In this document: positions 19,638 to 29,437 of the stretch, piece by piece
Layout: every line of letters begins with the position of its first letter
Position numbering within the stretch: position 1 is the stretch's first letter
DNA from: Sulfurimonadaceae bacterium
GTDB taxonomy: Bacteria; Campylobacterota; Campylobacteria; Campylobacterales; Sulfurimonadaceae
NCBI GenBank assembly: GCA_041562555.1
Contig: JBFEXS010000001.1
Coordinates: forward strand, 1-64,000
DNA: 64,000 nucleotides
Direction: 5' to 3'
Notes under the pieces: generated by a model
What the model saw: only the letters and a program-made list of their open reading frames with translations
Told to the model about the DNA's origin: nothing
Databases searched by the model: none
Program-made: the position numbers and the translations under genes

Positions 19638-20011
19638 CTTCCGCCATCTCCCCAGCTCTCATACTCCATATCATATTGTTCCTCATTGGCGTCTTCTTTG
19701 TATGCCGAGAGGTAGGTGGTTAACAGACTTATCTCTTCATCGCTAAGTTTTTCGGCGAAGGGTATCATGATCTGGGCTGTTTGATTCATAAAACCTATCT
19801 TTCCCCGATAAAATTTCAGCTTTTCGACTAGGAGGTATTTTGGTTTGTTCATCAAAAGTGGATATTCATGCATTCCCTCTCCATGGATACCATGGCATCC
19901 ATTACACCCCTTCTGGGCATAGAGTATTTCACCTTGTTTATAGTCACTTACTTCTGCAAACAGATGAGATGAAAATATAAACATCAGAAATATGGGTTGA
20001 AACAGGGACAT
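19634..20011 (-). CDS. Monoheme cytochrome c (c553-like)
   Basis: Signal peptide, CNGCHG, distal Met in IMIPFA. Start could alternatively be 20035. Confidence 0.85.
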   Translation of the reverse strand: MSLFQPIFLMFIFSSHLFAEVSDYKQGEILYAQKGCNGCHGIHGEGMHEYPLLMNKPKYLLVEKLKFYRGKIGFMNQTAQIMIPFAEKLSDEEISLLTTYLSAYKEDANEEQYDMEYESWGDGGS

Positions 20012-20085
20012 GTATACTCGCTTTTCCTTTGTCATCTTAAAGACTTTTTTGTTAGAATTATATCACTATATGACGAGGAAGATAC

Positions 20086-21294
20086 ATGATCATCAAGAAT
20101 GCAGTTTTATGTGATGCAAATATGCACAAACGTGCTGATATAGAGATCATCGATGGTAAGATATCGAAAATTGCAGAAAACCTTTCCGGTTCCGATGTCC
20201 TGGACGCTGAAGGGGCTTATCTTCTTCCTGGACTTGTTGATTTGGGTGTATCATTAAAAGATAGGCAACTCAATGCCAAACGTTTGAAAGAGTTGTCCCA
20301 ATCGGCTGTCAAGGGTGGTGTGACAAGTGTCGTATTGGACCCGAACAGTGAACCGGCGATTAATAATGAGATCGTACTTGAGTTTGTGTTGGAACGTAAG
20401 CCTGAAGGAGCCAAGATACAATCATCCATCTGTGCTACAAAGGAAGACGCGAGTTTAAGTAATATCGCGATCCTTTTGAAACAGGGTGCAGTGGCTCCTT
20501 CGTTGGACAGTTCTGTAGACAGTAATCTCATCCGTCGCGTCTTTGAATATATGAAGATGTATGATGGGACCGTTTTTTGTTCAGCCAAGGATAAAGCGCT
20601 GAATGGAAACGGTGTGATTTTTGAAGGGAGTGTTTCTACCCGTTTGGGCTTACCTGGAATTTCTGTACTGGGTGAGATTATTCATGTAAGCAAGATGATA
20701 GAGATAGCGCGGTATTTTGATGTACAAGTGCTTTTTAAAGGACTGTTCACACGTCGATCCATTGAAATGATCACGGCAGCTAAAAAAGAAGGCCTGAAAG
20801 TTTTTTCCGAGATTTCTATCCATCATCTTTCTCTTGATCATAATGCCTGTGACGGTTTTAACACCTATGCGAAGATCTTTCCGCCGCTATCTGATGAAAA
20901 AGGTAAAGAGAGTCTCAAAGAGTCTTTGAAAAATGGTGAGATCGATGTATTGACCTCCTTGCACACACCTCAGTCCAAGGTGAATAAGGAGGTCGCATTT
21001 TATGATGCGGCTTATGGTACGGAGGCAATAGAAGAGATCCTTCCGCTCTATTATACAAAACTGGTCAATACAGGTCTGATCTCTTTGAGTGAACTCAGTA
21101 GGATGGTGTCGTTGACACCTGCGCGTATGATCCGTAAACAGGCAGGGTCTTTAGAAGTAGGGCAAGATGCGGATTTGGTCCTGTTTGATTCAGGAGCACA
21201 GACTCAGGTATCCAATCCAAAGAGTCTGTATAAGGGTGAAACACTCCAAGGGAAAGTACTTGCTGTCTTTGTTGAAGGAGAGCAGAGGCTTTAA
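20086..21294 (+). CDS. Dihydroorotase-like protein, probably non-catalytic (PyrC')
   Basis: Amidohydrolase fold, but LVDLGVSL replaces DxHxH and TSLHTP replaces TDHAP. Confidence 0.85.
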   Translation: MIIKNAVLCDANMHKRADIEIIDGKISKIAENLSGSDVLDAEGAYLLPGLVDLGVSLKDRQLNAKRLKELSQSAVKGGVTSVVLDPNSEPAINNEIVLEFVLERKPEGAKIQSSICATKEDASLSNIAILLKQGAVAPSLDSSVDSNLIRRVFEYMKMYDGTVFCSAKDKALNGNGVIFEGSVSTRLGLPGISVLGEIIHVSKMIEIARYFDVQVLFKGLFTRRSIEMITAAKKEGLKVFSEISIHHLSLDHNACDGFNTYAKIFPPLSDEKGKESLKESLKNGEIDVLTSLHTPQSKVNKEVAFYDAAYGTEAIEEILPLYYTKLVNTGLISLSELSRMVSLTPARMIRKQAGSLEVGQDADLVLFDSGAQTQVSNPKSLYKGETLQGKVLAVFVEGEQRL

Positions 21295-21297
21295 GGT

Positions 21298-21978
21298 CTA
21301 ATCCTCTTGGGGGAAGAGGATAGAACCCAGTCTTAACATATTTGAGCCACATTTTATCGCAAGCTCAAAATCTCCGCTCATTCCCATCGAGCAGATCTCT
21401 GCAGTATCAATAGTTTCATAGATCTTATGGGTTGTCTCAAAACTTTCCTGGACTAGTTTCGGGTCCTGAGAATGGGCTCCAATACTCATGACACCACGCA
21501 GGTCTATATTTGGACAGCTCTCTTGGATCTGTGCATAAACATCTTTGGCCTCTTCGGGAGAAACACCACTTTTTGTCTCTTCACGGGCAGAATTGATCTG
21601 TAAGAGACACTCCATAGTACTTTGTTTGACCTCAAGACGTTGTTGAAGTGCCTGGGCAAGTTCAAGTGAATCCAGGGATTGAAAGAGGAAAGGGTTGGCA
21701 TCAATCAGATGATTGATTTTGTTTTTTTGCAAGTTGCCGATAAAATGCCATTCCAATGGAAGCTCATCAAGAATCTGTGATTTTGAGACGAGGTCTTGAA
21801 CCTTGTTCTCACCAAATGCACGTTGTCCAATCTGATAGAGACGCTCTATTGCTTCAGGTGTCGAGTATTTACTTACTGCAACGATTTTGACAATATGGTG
21901 TTCACTTACAGAGATCCGTGCGTCTTCAATACGTTGGATGACCTTATCCATGTGTATTTTGTATTCTATTTCATTCAT
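21298..21978 (-). CDS. yggS: PLP homeostasis protein (YggS family)
   Basis: VAVSKY, FGENKVQ, WHFIGNLQKNK, SMGMSGDF. Confidence 0.95.
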   Translation of the reverse strand: MNEIEYKIHMDKVIQRIEDARISVSEHHIVKIVAVSKYSTPEAIERLYQIGQRAFGENKVQDLVSKSQILDELPLEWHFIGNLQKNKINHLIDANPFLFQSLDSLELAQALQQRLEVKQSTMECLLQINSAREETKSGVSPEEAKDVYAQIQESCPNIDLRGVMSIGAHSQDPKLVQESFETTHKIYETIDTAEICSMGMSGDFELAIKCGSNMLRLGSILFPQED

Positions 21979-21981
21979 TAT

Positions 21982-23028
21982 CTATCCTACCAATCTATTA
22001 ACATCATTATATAAGCCTAGGAACATGACTCCGATCAAGATGACCCATCCACCTATCGTCAACTTTATTAACATCTCTTCTGTCGGTGGACGGCGAAAGA
22101 GCATCTCGTACAGATTGAACATGATATGTCCCCCATCCAAGGCAGGTATAGGAAGCAGGTTGAGTACACCCAGGTTAACTGAAATCAGTGCTGCAAAAAA
22201 AAGGACCGCCATCCAGCCCTGAGAGCTTGCATCTGCGGTAACTTTGACAATACTGATAACGCCACCGAGTTCTTTTGCCGGGACGGCTCCGGAGATGAGA
22301 CGTTCAAGACCGCCAAAGATGATCCCTGATGCCCATATGGTCTTATCCCAGGCATATGCGAAGGCATTCTCGACTGCCAGTTCTTTTGCATCACCGGAGG
22401 CAGATATACCTATCATACGTTTCTGGACGGTCTCATTAAAATCGTTCTTTGCTTCACGCATGTGTGGTGTGATAGTGAAGGTTTGGACATAGGCACCCCG
22501 TTCGACTTCAATGTTGATATCACCTTCAGATTGGGAGATAAGCTTTGCCATCTCATTCCATGTTGTAATTGCTTGACCATTTATATTGATGACCTTGTCT
22601 TTGGCTTGTAAACCTGCCATTTGTGCAGGAGAGTCCTGGATGACTTCACCCACGACTGGCAATAAGACCTTTGGCCCGCCGATAGCAATAGCCAAAAAGA
22701 GGAAGAATGCGAGTAGAAAATTGGCAAATGGGCCTGCAAGGAGTATGATAATGCGTTGCCATGGTTTTTTGACATTATAAGAGTCATCATCTTGACTGCG
22801 TGCGGTGGGGTCAAGATCTTCTTGACCTTTCATCTGTACATATCCGCCAAGGGGTATCATGGCAATGCGCCATTCGGTTCCCTTATAATTGAAAGAAGCA
22901 ATTTTTTTACCAAAGCCGATACTAAAGACCTTGACATAGACTCCCATCAGTTTGGCTGCGAGGAAATGTCCTAACTCATGAAAAAAGATGAGCGCTGAAA
23001 GCACCACAAGAGAGATAAACCAGCCCAT
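21982..23028 (-). CDS. rseP: RIP metalloprotease RseP
   Basis: HELGH, PLGGYV, PDZ domain, NLLPIPALDGG. Start at 23028 (MGWFISL). Confidence 0.95.
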   Translation of the reverse strand: MGWFISLVVLSALIFFHELGHFLAAKLMGVYVKVFSIGFGKKIASFNYKGTEWRIAMIPLGGYVQMKGQEDLDPTARSQDDDSYNVKKPWQRIIILLAGPFANFLLAFFLFLAIAIGGPKVLLPVVGEVIQDSPAQMAGLQAKDKVININGQAITTWNEMAKLISQSEGDINIEVERGAYVQTFTITPHMREAKNDFNETVQKRMIGISASGDAKELAVENAFAYAWDKTIWASGIIFGGLERLISGAVPAKELGGVISIVKVTADASSQGWMAVLFFAALISVNLGVLNLLPIPALDGGHIMFNLYEMLFRRPPTEEMLIKLTIGGWVILIGVMFLGLYNDVNRLVG

Positions 23029-23618
23029 TATTTTCCTTTCAGTGCTTTGGCAAAGCCCAAGAGGTATTCGGCTCCTGAATATACCGTCAAGAACACTGCC
23101 CACCAGAGCAGGGCGTCATCAAGGGCAAAACCGAGATAGGATTCTAAAGACCAGTGCATGATTAAAAAGCCAATGGCGATCATCTGTGCAACGGTCTTCA
23201 CTTTTCCGGCAAAGGAGGCGCTCACGTCGATCCCCTCGGCAACGGCAACAGTTCGCAAGCCTGTGATAAAGAGTTCGCGGACGATGATGATATAGATAGC
23301 CCATGGATTGGCATCACCGGTCATCATCAATGCCAAGAAAGCCCCGATAGTGAGCATCTTGTCTGCCAGAGGATCAATGATCTTTCCTAAAAGGGTGGTC
23401 TGGTCCAGCATACGTGCGATGTATCCGTCAAAGAAGTCTGTTGTACTGGCGAGAACAAATAGCAGTGCTGCAAGGTAATATACCCACGTGATATGAACAC
23501 CCTGATCGGTGAAATATTCAGGGCTAAGAATTACCCAGAACATCAATGGTGCCATGAGAATACGAATAAAGGCTAAGATGTTTGGCGTGTTAAAGATCTG
23601 GTTTTTAGTTTGTGACAT
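23028..23618 (-). CDS. pgsA: CDP-diacylglycerol--glycerol-3-phosphate 3-phosphatidyltransferase
   Basis: TDFFDGYIAR...GKIIDPLADK. Confidence 0.95.
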   Translation of the reverse strand: MSQTKNQIFNTPNILAFIRILMAPLMFWVILSPEYFTDQGVHITWVYYLAALLFVLASTTDFFDGYIARMLDQTTLLGKIIDPLADKMLTIGAFLALMMTGDANPWAIYIIIVRELFITGLRTVAVAEGIDVSASFAGKVKTVAQMIAIGFLIMHWSLESYLGFALDDALLWWAVFLTVYSGAEYLLGFAKALKGK

Positions 23619-23682
23619 GGTTAAACTTTATAGATAAATTACGATTTATAAAATGGTCTGAGACGATTTTACAAAGGGTAAT

Positions 23683-23708
23683 GACAAAGCACGACAGGGT
23701 GCTTCGTC
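23683..23708 (-). terminator. Hairpin downstream of the enoyl-ACP reductase gene
   Basis: On the - strand GACGAAGCAC-N6-GTGCTTTGTC (10 bp including one G-U pair). Confidence 0.5.
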
Positions 23709-23714
23709 TAGGGT

Positions 23715-24485
23715 TTATTGAAATGTTGTTCCACCGTCGACAACGATAGTCTGGCCTGTCATCCAGCTAGACTCATCACCACACAAGAACAGACATGCAC
23801 CTGTAAGGTCTTCTGCTTCACCCATACGAGAGAGTGGAGAACGTTTGACGACTTCAGCTTTAACTTCTTCATAATTTGGGAAGGCCTTAAGGGCATCTGT
23901 GTCAATTGGTCCGCCTGAGACTGCATTTACACGGATGTTTTTATCCCCAAGTTCAGCAGCCGCATATTTAACCATAGTCTCAACAGCAGCCTTGTTCGTA
24001 CCGTGTCCCGAGTAGTTTGGAGTGTAGACAAGATTTCCTGTAGAACTCATTGAGATGATAGAACCGCCGTTACCGCCTGCTTCCATACGCTTTGCAGCTT
24101 CTTGTGCCCCCACGACAAAAGCGGATACGGTTGCTGTATAGATATTGGTAAGCCCTTTTGGCTTAAGACGCATAAATGGAGCAAATCCACCGACTACGGC
24201 ACGTCCTGAAATAATAGCATTTGAGATAAAGAAGTCTAATGAAGAGAAGTCCTCGTCAAAGGCTTTGAATACATCCTTATAGGTCTCAGGTGCGAGGATG
24301 TCAAGTTGATATGCTCTTGCTTTAACACCGAACTTTGATTCAACATCTGCAATGATTTCATTCGCGGTATCTGCGGAAGAAGCATAGGTAAAAGCCACAT
24401 TACACCCTTTTTGTGCGAAGGCATAAACGATTGCCTTACCAATTCCACGTGTTCCACCACTTACAAATAGAGTTTTTCCTTGCAT
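23715..24485 (-). CDS. SDR oxidoreductase, enoyl-ACP reductase (FabL/7-alpha-HSDH-like)
   Basis: SGGTRGIG, YSGHGTNK, VNAVSGGPIDTDAL; conserved position after dapA. Confidence 0.88.
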   Translation of the reverse strand: MQGKTLFVSGGTRGIGKAIVYAFAQKGCNVAFTYASSADTANEIIADVESKFGVKARAYQLDILAPETYKDVFKAFDEDFSSLDFFISNAIISGRAVVGGFAPFMRLKPKGLTNIYTATVSAFVVGAQEAAKRMEAGGNGGSIISMSSTGNLVYTPNYSGHGTNKAAVETMVKYAAAELGDKNIRVNAVSGGPIDTDALKAFPNYEEVKAEVVKRSPLSRMGEAEDLTGACLFLCGDESSWMTGQTIVVDGGTTFQ

Positions 24486-25378
24486 TATAATCCTTTTATT
24501 TCGTAGTTTTTCATAACATCTTCTATCTTCTTCATATTATCACTGCTTGGAGCAAGAAGAGGTAAACGATATTCAAGTGTTTCAATCAGACCTGCCATAT
24601 ACATCGCTGCTTTCACCGGCATCGGGTTGGCTTCACAGAACATGACGCTATTGATAGGATACAGTTTGTCATTCAGTGCTTTGGATGCTTTGAAGTCACC
24701 CTCAAGAGCAAAATGGACCATCTGTGACTTCAGATCAGGCAGTAGGTTTGATGTGACTGAGGTCGATCCCATACCTCCATTTGCCAAGATAGGATAATCG
24801 ATAGCATCATCTCCCGAAAGTACAGCTAAGTCAGGACGGCGAGAAAGAAGCTCAACGGTGCGTTCTAATGAGCCTGTCGCCTCTTTGATGCCATAGATGT
24901 TTTGACAATCATCAAAAAGACGGATTGTCGTGTCTGCTGAGATATCTACCATGGTACGTCCAGGTACATTGTACAGCATTACACCTAGATCCGGCACGGC
25001 ATCGGCAATAGCCTTATAGTGCTGATAGAGTCCTTCCTGGGAAGGTTTGTTGTAGTAAGGACTAACGGAGAAGATAGCATCGACACCGCACTTTTGCGCA
25101 TGCACTGCAAGAGAGATCGCTTCGGCTGTGGCATTTGAGCCCGATCCTGCCAGTACTTTGGTAGAGGAGCCTTTACAGACTTCGACGGCGATTTCAATAC
25201 AGCGTTTATGCTCATCATGCGTGAGTGTAGCACTTTCTCCTGTCGTACCTACAGGACAGACCGCGTCCATGCCATTTTTGATCTGGCGTCGGATAAGTGC
25301 AGCGTAGGATTGCTCATCTAGCGTTCCATTTTTAAATGGGGTGATTAGAGCAGTCGTGGCTCCGGTTACTTTAGTCAT
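24485..25378 (-). CDS. dapA: 4-hydroxy-tetrahydrodipicolinate synthase
   Basis: GTTGESATL, PYYNKP, LYNVPGRT, GIKEATG. Confidence 0.97.
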   Translation of the reverse strand: MTKVTGATTALITPFKNGTLDEQSYAALIRRQIKNGMDAVCPVGTTGESATLTHDEHKRCIEIAVEVCKGSSTKVLAGSGSNATAEAISLAVHAQKCGVDAIFSVSPYYNKPSQEGLYQHYKAIADAVPDLGVMLYNVPGRTMVDISADTTIRLFDDCQNIYGIKEATGSLERTVELLSRRPDLAVLSGDDAIDYPILANGGMGSTSVTSNLLPDLKSQMVHFALEGDFKASKALNDKLYPINSVMFCEANPMPVKAAMYMAGLIETLEYRLPLLAPSSDNMKKIEDVMKNYEIKGL

Positions 25379-26675
25379 TTTCTTTCCTTAAAATCACAGT
25401 GGTTGATTGTGTCTGATCAAAATATTTAAGCGCGGCAGTCTGAATCTCCTCAGGGCTGAGTGCATTGATATGATCTTCATATGCCAATAAAGGTTCCAGG
25501 TCTCCACGGGCAAGGTAGCTACCGAAAAGGTCAGCAACAGATGAAGAAGATTCAAGAGAATAGATGAAGTCTGCTTTCGTGTTGACCTTCACCTTATCAA
25601 GTTCCGCTTTGTCAATCTGTTTTGTCTTGAGGTCCTCGATCTCGACTAGGATCTCTTTTTCAACGTCTTCAGCCTTTACACCCGGATTACACACAGCCAT
25701 AAAGATAAACAGACCTGGATCGATGTTTTCCATATTATAGGCATAGATCTGATTGGCAAGACGCTTCTCATTCACAAGGTTCTGATACAGACGTGAACTT
25801 TTTCCTGAACTGAGCATCTCAGAGATCGCTGAAAGGGCAGGCTGGTCCTTATGCTGGAAGTTGGGGATATGATACGTGATCGCCAACATCTCTACCTCAC
25901 TCTCCTTATAGACAACAAGGCGTTTCGCACCATCCTGTTTTGGTTCGACTTGATGAACTTTTGGGATCTCTTTGGTGTTTTTAATCGAACCGAAACGTTT
26001 TTTAGCCTGTGTGAATACATCGTCAGGTTCGACGTCTCCCGTGACGATGATAATGGCATTTTTAGGTTGATAGTAAGTCTCATGGAAGGATTTTATATCC
26101 TCAAGGGTCCAATTCTGAATATCCGCCATAAAACCGATAGGTGTCCAGTGGTATGGATGGTAGAGATAGGCGTTGTTAAAAAGTCTGAAATACAGATATC
26201 CCAGGGGTGAATTGTCTGTTCTCCAACGGCGCTCTTCGGCTACTACATTTCGTTCAGGCTGGAATTCGTCGTCTTGAAGTTTGAGACTCTCCATCAGCTC
26301 ACCAAAAAGGTCTAGGGATTTGCCCAGGTTTTGAGATGAGCTTTTGATGAAATAGTGGGTATAGTCAAAACCGGTAGATGCATTGCTCAGTCCACCCATG
26401 CCTTTGACGACTTCATCAAATTCACCGGCCTTGAGGTTGTCCGTGGACTTGAAGTTCATGTGTTCTAGCATATGGGCAATTCCACTTTTTCCCATGACCT
26501 CATTGCGTGAACCCACTTTATAAAAGATATCTGTTGAGATAACACTGGTATTGTTTTCCATAGGGATAACAACGATTTGCAGACCATTATCCAAAGTCTG
26601 TGTCTTATAATCCGGTAAAGATGTTGCCATCACAACTCCTGCACTAAAAATTAGGGTACTTAAAAATCTAAGCAT
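25371..26675 (-). CDS. M16-family zinc peptidase
   Basis: Inverted zinc motif HMLEH, NAST, ERNVVAEE; signal peptide from 26675. Confidence 0.92.
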   Translation of the reverse strand: MLRFLSTLIFSAGVVMATSLPDYKTQTLDNGLQIVVIPMENNTSVISTDIFYKVGSRNEVMGKSGIAHMLEHMNFKSTDNLKAGEFDEVVKGMGGLSNASTGFDYTHYFIKSSSQNLGKSLDLFGELMESLKLQDDEFQPERNVVAEERRWRTDNSPLGYLYFRLFNNAYLYHPYHWTPIGFMADIQNWTLEDIKSFHETYYQPKNAIIIVTGDVEPDDVFTQAKKRFGSIKNTKEIPKVHQVEPKQDGAKRLVVYKESEVEMLAITYHIPNFQHKDQPALSAISEMLSSGKSSRLYQNLVNEKRLANQIYAYNMENIDPGLFIFMAVCNPGVKAEDVEKEILVEIEDLKTKQIDKAELDKVKVNTKADFIYSLESSSSVADLFGSYLARGDLEPLLAYEDHINALSPEEIQTAALKYFDQTQSTTVILRKEND

Positions 26676-27732
26676 TTTTTCTATCGGCTCCAATAGCTTG
26701 AGTGATATTACTGTATCCATCGGCTTGAAGAAGGTCAATAAGACCGAGGTTAATGTCACGGATCAGGGTCGGTCCGTGAAAGACAAGTGCCGAATATACC
26801 TGTACAAGGGATGCACCTGCTTTGATGCGTTTGTAGGCCTCTTCTGCAGAATCGATCCCTCCGACGGAGATCAAAATAGTCTTTCCGTACAACTCTTTTG
26901 CTACAGCTTCAAATATCTTAAAGCTTTTCTCTTTCAAGACGGCTCCGGATATTCCACCGATATCTTTTGGTTGAGAGACGAGGGAATAATCAATGGTCGT
27001 ATTGGTGGCAATGATACCGGCTGCACCGGCTTTAACAGCCATCTTGGATAGTTCTACTGCTTGTTCAGGCTCCATGTCCGGAGCGATCTTCAAGAGGATC
27101 GGTTTGTCTGTCAGTTTTTTCGTCTCTGTAAACAGTTCCGTGATAAAGGCTTCATTTTGCAAGTCACGTAAACCCGGGGTGTTGGGAGAGGAGATGTTGA
27201 TGACGAAATAGTCTCCAAGGTCTTTAAACGTGTTTAGAAGGGTCGTATAGTCTGAAATGGCATCTTTCTCATCTGTAGACTTGTTCTTACCAATATTCAC
27301 TCCGATAGGCGTTGAAAACGGGAAGCGTTCTTTAAGACGTTTTTGTACCTTGTACATCCCGTCATTGTTGAACCCCATGGCGTTTTGCACACTCTCTTCC
27401 TCAATATGACGGAACATTCTTGGTTTAGGATTTCCTGCCTGCGGTTTTGGTGTGACGGTACCTATCTCGGTGAAGCCGAATCCGAGGGCTTGGATACCAC
27501 GTATGACCGTTGCATTCTTATCAAAACCTGCACCCAGGCCGACCGGGTTTAAAAAGGTACGTCCAAAAAGTTCCTGATTGAGGCTCTCATGCTGGATGAA
27601 GTGGTTCTCAATCCACGGGTTATAGGCGGATGGAAGGAGGTTGGCTCCACGTAAAAAGAACTCGACAAGATGGTGTGCAGTTTCAGGCTGAAGTTTAAAA
27701 AGATAGGGTTTTATGGCCGAATATGGAATCAT
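26668..27732 (-). CDS. pyrD: Dihydroorotate dehydrogenase (quinone)
   Basis: GAGFDKN, GNPKPR, NISSPNTPGLR, KIAPD. Confidence 0.96.
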   Translation of the reverse strand: MIPYSAIKPYLFKLQPETAHHLVEFFLRGANLLPSAYNPWIENHFIQHESLNQELFGRTFLNPVGLGAGFDKNATVIRGIQALGFGFTEIGTVTPKPQAGNPKPRMFRHIEEESVQNAMGFNNDGMYKVQKRLKERFPFSTPIGVNIGKNKSTDEKDAISDYTTLLNTFKDLGDYFVINISSPNTPGLRDLQNEAFITELFTETKKLTDKPILLKIAPDMEPEQAVELSKMAVKAGAAGIIATNTTIDYSLVSQPKDIGGISGAVLKEKSFKIFEAVAKELYGKTILISVGGIDSAEEAYKRIKAGASLVQVYSALVFHGPTLIRDINLGLIDLLQADGYSNITQAIGADRKNA

Positions 27733-27848
27733 TGCTCTCTTTCATGGGCTTTTATTAATACGTGATTATACTTAAATATGTTTAGATAAGTTTGAATTTA
27801 TCTCAGTGAGGGATAAGAAGCACGGTTAGCGGAAAAAGCGCAACACAT

Positions 27849-28031
27849 ATGGAGTATACATTTAATAAACAAGCTGGAAATATGACGGGGTTTGAAGCAC
27901 CACATCTTTCAGTAAAATATGATGGAGCCGGAACGGTTTTAGGATTTCTGTCCCAGCTTAGTATGGCCCAGATAGTCATATATGTCTTGAGTTTTACATT
28001 GTTGGCATATATCGTGCATGAAAGAGTATAA
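27849..28031 (+). CDS. Small hypothetical protein with a C-terminal TM helix
   Basis: 60 aa, hydrophobic C-terminus (IVIYVLSFTLLAYIV), fills the pyrD-cysS gap. No clear RBS. Confidence 0.45.
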   Translation: MEYTFNKQAGNMTGFEAPHLSVKYDGAGTVLGFLSQLSMAQIVIYVLSFTLLAYIVHERV

Positions 28032-28042
28032 GGGAGGAAGGA

Positions 28043-29437
28043 TCAGTTTTTCTCCCAAAATGTTCCCTGAGCCGTGTCCATGATAGAGATGTCAAGGCTT
28101 AGAAGTTCATCCCTTATCGCATCAGAGGTGGCAAAGTCTTTCTCTTTTTTAGCGGCACTTCGTTGTTCAATCAGTGTTTCAATCTTCTCTTTCAGTGCGG
28201 AGTCGATACCAAACTGAAAATATTCAAAAGGGCTTTGAAGACCAAAGCCAAGGATCTCTTCGATATAGGCTAAATTTGCCAAGGTTTCACGTTTGATGAC
28301 CTTGTCTTTAGGGTTGGCATCAAGAGTTTCGTTGGCATGGGATATCATATCATCAACAAGGGCAAGAGCTTTAGAGATGTTGAGATCATCGCTGAGTGCT
28401 TCAAGAAGTTCTGATTGAAAGTTCGTTTTCTCTTGTGTCACTTTCATCCCGAAGAGACGTTTCTTGAGTCGATAAAGTTTGTCAAGGCGCTTTTTTGAAG
28501 AGATCAGATCCATCTCATTGAAGTTAAAGTCCCCCCTATAGTGTGTCGAGGAGAGGTAAAAACGCAGGACTTCTCCATGATAGGCTTGAAGGGCATCTTT
28601 TAGGAAGAAACTGTTGCCAAGACTCTTTGACATCTTCTCTCCGTCTATATTTACAAAACCGTTGTGCATCCAATATTTCGCCAGTTCCTGATCCTTGGCA
28701 CACCGGTGCTGAGCTGCCTCGTTCTCATGATGGGGGAAGAGCAGGTCGGCACCTCCTCCATGGATGTCTATGGCATAGTCACCTTCAACGGCGAGGTACT
28801 GATCGATCATCGCTGCACATTCGGTATGCCATCCCGGACGTCCGGCTGAAAAAGCTGTTTCGTAACGAATACCTTCGTCAAAATGTTTCCAAAGTGCAAA
28901 ATCGGCAGGACTTTTTTTATGGGTATTCTCTTCGATACGACTTTGAGTATCATCCTGGTCTTGTATACGGTTTGAGATACTCAAATATTTCGAGTCCTTT
29001 TGCGTATCAAAGTAGACATCCCCGTCTTCTGTTTGGTAAGCATGCCCTTTTTCAATAAGTTTGGAGATGAGGGAGACCATAGCGTCCATGGATTCTGTGG
29101 CCTTAGGTTCTATATCCGGTCGCAGAATGCCCAGGGCATCCATGTCCCTGTGATAGGCATCGATATAGAACTTTGTCAACTCTTCGAGGGTCTGACCCGT
29201 CTGCAAGATCTTATTGACGATTTTATCATCTATATCGGTGATGTTGCGGGCAAAGGTGACATCCAGACCATTGGCTTTTAAGACGCGTACCAGAAGGTCA
29301 AAAACCAGAGCACTCTTGGCATGCCCAAGGTGAGCATCATCATAGACGGTCGGGCCACATACATATAGGGTGGCTTTTCCGGGTATGATAGGTTCAAAGT
29401 TTTTTTTAGTTTTACTGACGGTGTCAAATATAGTCAT
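28043..29437 (-). CDS. cysS: Cysteine--tRNA ligase
   Basis: CGPTVYD, HLGH, GRPGWHTEC, KMSKS. Start 29437 (MTIFD). Confidence 0.97.
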   Translation of the reverse strand: MTIFDTVSKTKKNFEPIIPGKATLYVCGPTVYDDAHLGHAKSALVFDLLVRVLKANGLDVTFARNITDIDDKIVNKILQTGQTLEELTKFYIDAYHRDMDALGILRPDIEPKATESMDAMVSLISKLIEKGHAYQTEDGDVYFDTQKDSKYLSISNRIQDQDDTQSRIEENTHKKSPADFALWKHFDEGIRYETAFSAGRPGWHTECAAMIDQYLAVEGDYAIDIHGGGADLLFPHHENEAAQHRCAKDQELAKYWMHNGFVNIDGEKMSKSLGNSFFLKDALQAYHGEVLRFYLSSTHYRGDFNFNEMDLISSKKRLDKLYRLKKRLFGMKVTQEKTNFQSELLEALSDDLNISKALALVDDMISHANETLDANPKDKVIKRETLANLAYIEEILGFGLQSPFEYFQFGIDSALKEKIETLIEQRSAAKKEKDFATSDAIRDELLSLDISIMDTAQGTFWEKN

